NCBI RefSeq assembly: GCF_000002075.1
Contig: NW_004797271.1
Location: 5,230,272 to 5,294,271 of the forward strand
DNA length: 64,000 bases
From: Aplysia californica
Lineage: Eukaryota
Direction: 5' to 3'
Below are positions 13,601-25,600 of this stretch, piece by piece. The notes under the pieces were generated by a model. The model was not told the DNA's origin and searched no databases. It was given only the letters and a program-made list of their open reading frames with translations. The first letter of the stretch is position 1, and every line of letters begins with the position of its first letter. Position numbers and translations under genes: made by a program.

Positions 13601-16600
13601 TGCCAACTACACTCTCTCACTTCCCCCCACCAGGGCAGTGCTACTGACTACTGACTGAAGTGTCTTTTGGCCATTCTCAAAGGGGGATATTAACATGTTC
13701 TTATGAACAGTAGATTTTATATGGGCTGATTTATCAATGTCATGCTCATACTGTGCCGGAACAACGTAGGGGGAACTGCTGCTTTTTTCCCCCTCATCCT
13801 TACTATCCTCATTTTTTCCTCTACTTCTTTTGTATGTTTGTCACTTTCTTGTGAGCTGCTATTGGCTGCGTGCCTTGGTAGTCGAAGCGGACTTTGTGCT
13901 GTTGAGGCCAGAGAGGTGAGCAGAGTAAACCTGATTCCCTGTTTGGACTTCTCTGTTGACATCCAACCCTTGGCGCTCATATGACCATATTATATGCAGT
14001 TGCGGTTGCGAGCGCCGTAAAACCTTACTAAAACAAACATTCTTACTTAATTTTAATTGTTCCATGAGGTGTAACAAATTGTACAGCGAGTTTTAATTAG
14101 AGACATAGATGCAGTATATACAGAAACTAAGATATCTTTCACTCAGACCGAAACATCCATTTCTTCAAATAATTAGTCATTGGTGCCTATTTCTTCTAAA
14201 GTTAGACAGCTACAAATGTGCAAGCACAACAGATAAATCTGGTACACAAAAGCAAAGTTGCTTAATTCAGTTTTGCCTTTACCAGAATATACATGAGCCT
14301 TTTACTCTTTTCAGAACACTCTTTCCTATCTAATTTTGCGCTTAAATTCTCCCTCTCTTGCAGTCTGCATATGCACAGTTGCTTGCAGCTACCACCCTGA
14401 CAAAGATGGTGTACAGACCAAATGTAACGTTGCCATTAGAGCAACGTGTGGATATCCGTAAGTTGACAGTTCTCACATATTATTCATTCGTTGATATAAC
14501 TTTGTGTTCTGCTGTAGCGTAACTATTGAAGAACTTTTCAGGGGGTGTTGCTGTTCATTAGTTAATTAATTTTGTTTTTCGCATGTTGTTCCATTGGCAA
14601 AATTGAATTCTGAGCTCCATTCAGCTTCAAAGAAGAAAGTTAATTTGTTTTGTTTTGTTAGCCGCCTGGTAAGTCCCATTTTGTATTGCTAGTTACAAAG
14701 CATATTAAAAGCAAGTTAATTGCCTGCTCTACTTATCATGTCATGTTTAAGCAAGTGGTTTGCTGCTTATTACATTTTTTCCCTTCTATTTGCTGTTCAG
14801 GTTGTTTTCATACTTGTCTTTTTCAGGCAATTACGTTTTGAATTACCTTGCAACTCGACCAAAGCTGACTCATTATGTTTCACAGGCCCTAGTTCAGGTG
14901 AGAATTTGTTGTGACTGTTTTGTAAAAGCTGCTGAACAAGTCTTGTGGTGTCAATCGTACCACAGCATCAAGTTTGAAAAGGGATTTAGACAGTTATTGG
15001 TCTTTTTCATCCGAAGTTTTTTAAAATAGCGTCAACAATACTATTACCAATATGTCATCAAAAGGTTCTTCACGCTGTTGTGAATCATGTCAGAGGCTTG
15101 ATGTGTGTCCTTGGGAAAGGCACTGTATGAAGATTTTCCTCACTTCACTCGGGTAGGAATGGCTACCTAGCTATAGACAGTGAAAGATCTTGTCAGTTTG
15201 TGTTTGAGCGCCTGTAATCCGCTGCTTGTACTGTTGGCTTCCTGGTAAGCTGAGAATGTTTCTAAGTGTTCTAGGGTCTGCCGGGGTAATAATAGTTGTA
15301 AAACGCTTAGAGTATGCTATAGAGTATGGATATGTGCTGTATAGATATAAATGCAAGTAAAGAAAGAACACTGCTTTTCTGCATGTGTCTTAGTACCAGC
15401 TTTTTCAACAATAGATCTCTTTAAGCAGTACTTGCCGTTTGGGTTCTTTCTTACGTTTGAGAAAATTAAGCAAGACAGAAGTTTGTTTCTCACTCCGGCC
15501 ACAGACACTTATCGGTCCTTCCCCCCTTTTTTTATTACCATTATAAAAAGCTGTGCGCATCATAAGTTAATTACTTTTATGTCTCCTCAGCTTTTTGCAA
15601 GGATTACAAAATATGGGTGGTTTGATGTGAACAAAGAGGAATTCGTTTTTCGCAATGTTGTGAATGATGTTGGAAAATTTATTCAGGTGAGTAAAAGCAA
15701 GTTGATTGATAGCTTTCTTGATTACTCTAGCTGCTTTTTCTGCATTGGTTTAAAAAAAAGTTGTTTCTGATGTAATGCAATGTCAAATGCAATGACTACT
15801 TTTAGCTTTTTTTTTCTCCCTTATGATGAGGTTTTGGGTTTGGATACCTTAAAAAAGTTTGGAATTAAATGATTACAAAATGTGAATGCATCAGTTAGAA
15901 AAAAGTAACACAGCCAAGTTAAGCTTTTTAAAATTATCAGTATTTTCCAGTTTTCCTGTGCCTGTAAAAGCAAAGATGAGCTTTATGCAAAATATTTTGT
16001 GAGTTGGTCCTTATACAGTTTTGCTCCATTTTAAATTTGAATACTTTCATACTTTTTGTTCTTGTGGGTCCTTTGATCCTTTGAATTTGAAATAGTTTAA
16101 TGCAATTTAGATTTTTGTTGTTGTTTCAGAGTGGTTCCACACACCATGTGATGATTGGAGTCCAGCTGCTTTCTCAACTCGTGTGCGAGATGAACCAAGT
16201 TAGTGAGGTATTCTGCCGTCACCTGCCAACAGAATACTGTTTTTTTTGTTTTCTCTCTCTAATATAAGCTTTTACGCTCGCATTTCTTAATGGTACGAGT
16301 GCTTTATTTTTAGTCTTGTGTGAAAGAGCTTTATGTAAACGTATTATTTTCCAAGTTTTATTCAAGTTCAGTTAGGTTAAAGATGCTGCGGTTCATTACA
16401 ACCTACTTTTCATGTTGAAGCTAGTTTTATGCCTCATAGCTCTGCCATTTGGTAGACATATATCTGGTTAGAGAAAGTAGCTTCCAAACTTGAAAAATAC
16501 ATTTCTAGTTTTGTTTCACCAGATTTTTCTCATATCTATATCAACACACATTGAGTTTGGTTTTACAGCTGTTCAAAAGTGTTCTTCTCCTTTAAGAAGT

Positions 16601-19600
16601 TAAGAATTATTGCAAAATGTGTTTTCCACTCTTGTGAAACAATGAAGTGAGATGCTTAGAAACAAAAACAGCTCAATGTCACTGTTTCATTCTTAGGCTC
16701 TCTTATAAATTTGAGTCCCTGTAGAGTAATACAGTCAAACCTTCCCTGACGGCTACCTCTATAAGACGGTCACCTGTACAAATGGCCACTTTCCATTTCC
16801 CCCCTTGCGTTTTTTCTATATAATTTAACTGTGTAAAACGGGCATCTGTCCAACGCGTCCGCGGCCACCATATTTTAACACACAACCCCTATCACACTAA
16901 GCAATAACAACTGTCTTAGACGGCCACCTTAGTGACTCCATTACGTTTTGTCACAAACTGTGCATTGGCCCCTGGCGTTGTGGGCGAGCCGCAAGGTGGT
17001 GAGCCGTCATAATTCAATCCCCTGTCGTTGTTGTTAGGTAGTCCCTCCAACCGATTATGTTGCGCAGGCCCCTCCCACTGTTGACCAATAGCTACCAATT
17101 TTCAGCTGCTGGTGAGGTAAGCGTGTGATCCCTCATAACCCATAAGCCCCGCCCAGAACTCATACACAAATCGTAAATGAGATGAGTGGTCACTGTTTAC
17201 CCAGTCTGTAACAAAGTAACAAAGGACGTCAACATGAACTTGTGACAGAAGCGTCGCTCGTTTTCCGAGTGGTGACGACCCATGCGTTTGTTTTAACATG
17301 GCACTCGGTCTTCCTCGTTTGCTACATTTCGTTTTATTGTCACCCTTGTGCAAAATTGGCAACAAAATAAAAATTACAAACAAAATACAAACCAACAACA
17401 ACAACAACAACAAAAAATAACAACAATGTGGCTACTTTCGATTGGGACCTCAGATGGGAATGGTTTGTTTTCTTCATCTTGATCAGTCCTGCCTAAGACG
17501 GCCACCTATCTTATACGGCCATTTTTTTCCTTGACAATGGGTGGCCGTCTTACACAGGTTTGACTGTATAATATTATTCCAGTGAGCTCAGTGCTTTGAC
17601 TACAATTTGGACTGTCGTTATGATAGAAAAAAAACCTGTTAGGTGAGAATTCTCTTGTACTGGTGATTGTCTTGGACAAGTGGTCTTTAGAGCAGAATCG
17701 CCTTTATTTCATAAAGTAAAGATACTTTCTGCTTTTTTTCACTTTTGGGAAAAATTTCTTTTGATGCTGCGTTATGGTATTGTTTTAGCTCAGTACAGAT
17801 GTCTTTATAATATTTTGATTGCAGTGATTAAGGGTCTCTTGTTGATGTATTTGATCCTGTTCACCTTTGATAATTTGAACAAATACTTATTAAGCTTTTG
17901 TTTTTTTATTTCTCTTATAGTCAGAAGCCAGTCGCTCACTTACAAAGCATCGAAAGATTGCATCGTCTTTTCGTGACACTCAGCTGTTTGAGATCTTTCA
18001 ACTAGCTTGCTCCCTGCTCCGGTCTGCTGCTGGGAGCATCAAGTCTCTAGACTTGAATGATAACAACCAGGTTGGTTTTGTTAAGGCTGCCATTTCCTGG
18101 TATTTTGTGGAATTCTGGCTTTTTAAAATTTGCCTAATCTGGTTATCATTTGTGTAGACTACTCCACCACATACCTTTTTGGTGTACATTCTTTCTGGTT
18201 TTGGACACCTTTTATGAGTTTGGGAGCTTGGTAATACATTAAGTGATGTTTGAAGCCATAAATTTGTTGAGGAGAGTGCTATTTTCCCAGATAAACCCGG
18301 AAATCTGGACTTCTGAAAATGTCAGGGTTTTGCCTATTTATACTTTGAGCTCTTTATGTATTTCATATTGCACTTTATTTTTAAAATAGTCTTGGCACAA
18401 GATGTATGAGACGATAGGATCCATAAATTTTAATTCCCAGTGTGCTTGTTTCCACGGGGTGTGAAAAAGTTTAGAATTTTTTTTACGTTGCAGGGTGGCA
18501 CCTCTGAGAGGCTGTCACTGATTACAGTGTAAAGTCTTGCAAAGTGTGCTGCCTGAGACAAAGAATTTGTTCGCCATTTCCATCCGTCCTCATAAGGAAC
18601 CTACAATACTGACTAAGTTTTTTGTGATTTGCTTTTCAGCACAGTCTCCTGTCCTATTCCTTACGGCTTGCACACAACTGTTTGACTTTCGACTTCATCG
18701 GAACATCAACAGATGAGTCATCGGATGATTTGTGTACAGTTCAAATCCCTACCAGTTGGCGATCAGGTGACTTAAACATTTTATCCCGAGGGCTTCCAAA
18801 TCTGTGGTGATTGTGGGAAAATTGTTCTTCCATTGTCTCTGCTTCATGGTCATTTGCATCAATCGTCATCGCCTTCATCTTCCATAAATGTAATCCCTAT
18901 TTTATCACAAGCCGGAGGTTGCCTTTTATGCCCTTTTGTATTTATCATGGATTTTTCTTTATCCGTAAATGTCATTTTATTTTAGCGCTTGTTTTGTTTT
19001 TCTCTTTAACCAAAATCTGTTACTAAGAGTTAGCACTCGAGGGCCTTTTCTTTTTCTTTTCTAATCCTGCATAACATTCTGTAAAAACAATGTCTGTTTC
19101 CTCTATCTGCCTAATAAACTGCTTCTGGTATTTTTTTTTCTGCAGCATCATCAAATTTCTCATGTGGGTTTTTTTTCTTTTTTAAAAAATCACTCCGCAG
19201 CCTTCCTTGATGTAAGCACACTGGAACTGTTCTTTGACTTGTACAGTGGTTTACCCTCATCATTATCTCCACTGGTGGGTTTTATTCTTTGTTTTATACA
19301 GCATATTTCTCTTGTTATAAGCTTGCATGTTAAAATCCTTACTGTGTTCTTTTCCAACCCCTTTTTATTCCATTTGATATGACAGTAAAACTGTTAAAAA
19401 TAAACGAAAGATAATGAAGCTGAAGGGGTATTTTATGTCTTTTGGACAATACTACTGGTATATGTCTCTGTTGGGTTGGCAATGAAGCATGTTCTTTTTA
19501 CATGTTGTCTCACTCCACGAAATTTGTATGTTTTTATTTGGTGCTACTTTGTTTTTCTGAGATACTTTACTTGCCGCTGTGAGATTGTGTATACTTCCTA

Positions 19601-22600
19601 TACGAGTTAATACTGATTTTTCAGACTAAAACAATATTAAAATTTCTTCTCAGATTGTCATAATCTACTCGTTGCAATTTTTTTTCATGACATTTATCAG
19701 GTATTGTTTTATAGTTGCATGTAATTGAGTTAACACTACCCTTTTTGGTATGTTACATGGTTTTTTTGTGTGTCTAGAATAGAGTGACCTTTAGAAATGT
19801 GTTTATAGTCAGTTTATTCATCTTGTCATTTTGAAATCAAATTTTCCTGTGACATTCTAAATATATCAAATTATTCCTTCCGTCTTCTGCCACAGGCTCT
19901 GTCATGCTTAGTACAAATTGCGTCTGTGAGGCGGTCACTATTCAACAACACAGAACGAGCCAAGTTCATCAACCATCTTGTCGTTGGGGTCAGGGGAATT
20001 CTGGAACGCCCTCAGGTAATGGGGCAGGTTGATGAGACTGGATAGTGGCTTGGATTTTGTGCAAGCTTGCCTGAGTGTATTTCACATTGTGTTCTCCAAG
20101 ATTACTCTGTTCATAAGTTAAGTCTTCTCCAAATAACCAGACCATATTTGAATTTTTTTAAAATAACCCCAAAACAACCTTTTTCTTTGAAATTTCTGAA
20201 GAGGTGCATGCAGCTTAATTTTTAAATGTATCCAGTGCTTTGAAGAGAGACTTTACATTTAGTGCTTCCCAGTGCTCTGTATGATGGCTGTATCATTTCA
20301 GAGAAAGCCACTCTTTTCTTTCGTACAACTTTAACTAGAAGAGATATTGAACATCTATGAATTAAAGTGCTGTGGTCACCCGATGAGGATGCCCTCTCCC
20401 CCCCCCAAAAAAAAATCAAACAGCTGCATTAGCTTACAATGCGAGAGAATCAGGTTACAAAGGTCGGGGTGCATCAAGAAAAATTTGACTGTACTCTGTC
20501 AAAGTGGTTTGCCAACAGAATAAGCTATCTACAACAGAATCAATTCACCAAGCCCGTGACCAAAAATTGCTCCTCCTCTTGACATCTGATGATACAAAAG
20601 GAAGGATTACAATAAAGTAAATTAATGAGAAGGGAAACAGGATAATAATGTTTTTGTCTCAGTGGCAGTCATGAAACTATGCAATGTATAGGACTCTGTG
20701 AATGTTCAAAGCTGTACCCAATGTTGCTATCAGTGTTTAACTTTTTATGATGTGATGACAATGTGTGGGGGAAAGTCTTCCAGATTTTATTATTATGCCC
20801 TAATTCTTTCATTTATTTGTTTTCCATAGCAAAAGCCACAAGTTATAGTAACCTTTAATTCTTCAAATTCTTCTATTTCGCCTGAGAAATATTCTCCTCT
20901 GCGGATGTATTGGTCATCATCAAACATTTAAGGACGATCTATTATTATTATTGTTTTCCATTCATTTTTTCATGTAACAGGGACTGTCAGATCCAAACAA
21001 CTACCATGAGTTCTGCCGTCTGCTAGCTCGCCTCAAATCCAACTACCAGCTGGGGGAGTTGGTAAAAGTGGACAACTACCCGGAGGCCATCAAGCTCATC
21101 GCAGAGTTCACCATCACAAGTCTGAGGGTGTGTACAGGCTCTCTCGGTGCATGTCTTGGGCATTTGCTGTTCTTTGTTTTCACCAAAGTTCCAGTGATAT
21201 GCTTCTGATTAGTGGGTGGTTGGCAGGTGCTCTAGTGTGGTTTACTCCTTCTTTCCTATTAAATAACTATCGTCTTTTTATCTTTCCTCCTTTTGTATGT
21301 TTACTACTCTCTTGTAACACCTCTAATCTCCAGCACTTATATAACCTAATTGTGTTGCATGTGCCGTAATACTCTTACTAAAACTAAGCTTCTGATTCAG
21401 TTGTCTCCATGCATGAACCTGACAGTCCCCGTGCCTATACTTATTCAGAAGACTGCTCACACTTCTCGTATCTTTCAATTATTGAAAAACGCTTTATGCT
21501 CCAGATCCATCATCTATTGTCCCTGTGATTAAAAACCCCCCAACAATTGGGGTGTATTTATTTCATGGGACATATTTTTTTAGACAGGAAATTACCGTTG
21601 CTGGATATCTGTTGTACCTTGAAGCAATGTTTGTGACTGAGGTCTTTGATGGCCTGTCTTGTTTTTTCTGTTTTCTGATCTTAATGAATGTGAGAAGTGA
21701 GGGTTGGGCCTTTTTTTTTTTTTTAAACCTGCAGTTCTCATGAGTTCTATCACTTACTGCCTTTCTTATTATCTCAGTCTAAACTTCAAAATCTAGACAT
21801 TTCACATTGACTTTTCTGAAATTTTCCCCTGAAATTTTTTTGGTTTATTTCTTTTATTTCTGTATGAACGTAAGTGTTTTCTTTATAATGACTTGTTTGA
21901 TTTTTGGAACAATTGTACCTACACTGTATTTTAACTAGTATTTTTTTCTTCAAATTTTAGAATTTGAATTTCAACAAAGCATTTCTTGAGCTCATGCATC
22001 CGACACTACAGATTAGGTACTTCACTAAAAAAAATTCCAAATTTTAGGGTCAATACACCTGAACCTCTGAACAGCTTGCTGATGATATAGCTTTATATTG
22101 TATCTATGCCATTGCATGAAATTTCCCACGCAGACCAATAAAAATGAAATTCATTTATTTAATTCAATTTGTGGCCGTCCTTGTGCAGACTGGCTGTAAA
22201 ACTATTTTAAGACTTTTTTGTCTATCTCAACCCCCCTTCAGATGTGGCAGTTTGCACCAAACAGTGTTCATTACCTGCTGAGCCTGTGGCAGCGCATGGT
22301 GGCGTCTGTGCCGTACGTCAAGGCCACGGAGCCTCACATGCTGGAGACTTACACGCCCGAGGTCACCAAGGCTTACATCACATCTCGCCTGGAGTCTGTG
22401 CACGTGGTGGTCAGGTAAGAGATTGTTCGAGGCTTGGATTTACTTCTTGCTCATTACTGAAAAGCCTGAAGAGCTCTTGAGGGAGCCGTTTGTTTGAAAC
22501 TGGAGTTGCCGTGGGTGTGGTCTGCTCTTTTCAATTTATTTTTTTGGTCAATGCGGCTGATTTGTAAGCGCTGCAGGGCAACATAGAGGCAGTGAGAAAG

Positions 22601-25600
22601 AAGTGAAAATCTCCTACATCATACTTTGGAAACTTAAAATCTGACAGTGGTCTATAACTTCATAAAATAATGCGTCAAAGCAAATGTTTAGGAAGGTGGA
22701 GGCCTGTTGTGGCAAGGAGTGGGGCACCAAGGGAAGAACTTGTCAATGGTTACAAAGAACAGTGTCTTACTCTTCCTGGTGAAATGTGGCCAGGCCATTA
22801 TTGTGCACCTTGTCTTATCGTAGATACAGTTCAGCTGAATACTGAATAAAGTCAATGTTTTGAACAGACTAAATAATAGTTAAGGTGTTTATTGAAATTT
22901 TGAAGCCAAAGTTATTTTTTTACATGTCCTTCAAAGGTTATGCAGTTCAGTTCACTTTTGTTGTGGGTTGATAACCAAGAAGGTTTGTCTGAAATATAAA
23001 ATATCTTGTTAAAGCTGGAGTTTTGTGATATAGAATTCCAATAGGCATTTAAAATAAGTCTGTATTCTTTGCCATATCGCAAGACCGAAGGGCTAGAACC
23101 CAAATGGCCGCTGGATCGGAAAAGTAAAGTAAAGTAACGTAAAATAAATCTGAAGTGTAATGCTGATTTCTTTAATAGTTTGAAAGTATGATTTCATGTG
23201 TATTTATGATTTTTAAACTTATCTTTGAGTGAAAGTCATTTCATGGTAATTATTAATAGTTTTTGCATCTAGTTTTCCTTCTTCTCTGGTTTGTAGAGAT
23301 CAAATTGAAGATCCGTTAGATGATCATGGAATGGTTGCACAGCAGCTAGAACAGGCAAGTCTTGGTTGTGTTTTGTGTTATTGTTCTAGTGATTTGAGTA
23401 TCTAATATGATTCAATTTTTGATTTATTTAAAGATTTTTTTTTCTTTGAGAGTGGTTACAGGGAACTTCTTGTAGGACTAATTTCTTTCAGAAAGACAGC
23501 TTTTACCAATTTTGTTCTCTTCTTTTTTTGTTGAGAATGGTTGTCACTATGTAAGTGTTTCAATTGATTTAAAATGGCAGTTTGCTTTGTACGCATCCTA
23601 GGAAGCTGAGAAGGTTGAGGAATATAGTAGGGTCTATCAGGATAATAGTATAATGCAATGCACATAGAACCTTATTTCTTTTTTCAAAATTGGGTGTGTT
23701 TTACGTTAACGAATACGATCTATCAGGTAATATGGATTTATATGCACATAGAGTCTTATTTTGAACAGGTATGTATATAAAAGCAGTCTGTTGTCAGTGT
23801 ATCATTATTTATCCTCTAATTGTTGCTGCCTGTTTGTCTTTTCTCAGTACTACAGAAACATCATTTCTTTTTATTTCAAAGCAACATTCTTTGCTTCATC
23901 TTTCTCGGTAGTTGAGTTTTATCAGAGCACTTTGTCTACGCTCTAATTTTTTTCTTGTTCATGGAGATTCCTGAGTGCATGGTTAGCAAGTGTTCGGTGT
24001 TCTTTTCTCCTTTCCTGTCGTACATCTATTGGCTTCATCTCTCCTTTTTTTCTTTGTATGTTATTATCTAGTGCCACCTCTAATTTTCCGCACTTTCATG
24101 ACCTGTATATGTTGCAAGTGCTCACTAAAACGAGATTCCCCAATATTATGTCAACAAAACCTCAGCTGATAATGTATACAAGGGTTTTGGAAAGTTCTAT
24201 ATGTGCTTATTGTTTTCACCAGTTGTCTACTATTGGTCGTTGTGAATATGAGAAGACTTGCTCCCTCCTTGTCCAACTCTTTGATGAATCCGCCCAAAGA
24301 TATCAAGAAATGATCTCATCCGGACCTGCTGTGGAATTAGCCGTTGAAGAAGGTGAACTTTTGGACTTCTATACTTTGATTCATGGAATTTAATTTTTTT
24401 TTATTTTTAAAGAACCAACTTAAAGTGACACTTTCATAGACTTAATGTTTAAAAAGAAAAAAAAATGTTACTCTGATACATAGTTTCATCTTTCCTAATT
24501 TATTGGCGTTCCTTCTGAATTGTTAATTTTCTGTGGGAAAGTTTTTTTTACCCTTTGTCATGATGAAAACATGATACATGTACGTAAAGCTGTCAGTAGT
24601 CTCCACCCCCTCATCTCCTTTGCCCCCTCCTCTGGGCTCCAGACTCTTTCTGCAGCCGTTCTACTGCTACTCCTTGGCTCCTCCTAACTGCTGTCTTCCT
24701 GCCACACCCCTGATCTTCTGGTAGGAAAGATCTACACCTAGCCTTCTCGGACAAGGGCGAAAAATCTCGGAGGGCCCGTGTGCAAGTTGCGCACGTTAAA
24801 GATCCCTTGGTGGTCTAAAATCGATAAGAGTAGGCTTCGGCCGCCACCCGGGCAAAATTCAAAATTTCCTACCAACGAAAAAGTATTAGGTGTGTCCCGC
24901 GCGCTCATATGACCTTATGCAGTTGCGAGCGCCGTAAAACCCTATACTAAAACAAAAACAAACAAATAGAATGTGTTAATTGTTTCATGATCCTTATGTT
25001 AAATGTTTATGTTGGTCTCTAAGTGTTCAGTGATGGACCTTCTCAGATTTTACCTTAAATTCAGAAAGTCAGAAGACTTCTAGAATTTTGTAGTATTTGT
25101 TGGAATTTTTTTTAGGGGGGAGGATTATTTTAAGTTCATATGCTCTGTGCTCTACCCTCGATATTTGCCACGGAGCAGTTTTTGTTCGTTAGAACAAATT
25201 CTCAGGGTTCTTCATTCTTATTACTGTCACTTTTCCAGGTCGGCTAACGTGGCTTGTTTACATCATCGGGTCTGTGATAGGTGGCCGCGTCTCCTTTGCC
25301 AGCACAGACGAGCACGACGCCATGGATGGAGAGCTTGTCTGCAGGTTGGTACTGGAGATTTTGAAAAAAGAAAAAAATCTTTGTGTTCCATTTTTGGTAC
25401 TGGAGATTTTGAAAAAAACCCAGCCATCTTTGTGTTCCATTTAAGGAAAGCAGCTTGGGTACCTTTTTAATTAATTTTTGACTAGAATTATGGGATCACT
25501 TTACTTACCTCTTCTTTCCTCTTGTATCATAAGATGTGGGGAAATGCAGTATTTGGTTAAGGGCTAGGATATGTGGTTGCTGATGCTTGCGTTGTTCTGT

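Noticed and set aside
22467-22500. ctgaaga-gctc...gagc, resembling a hammerhead ribozyme core
   Set aside because: GAAA does not follow stem II, and stems I and III are absent.
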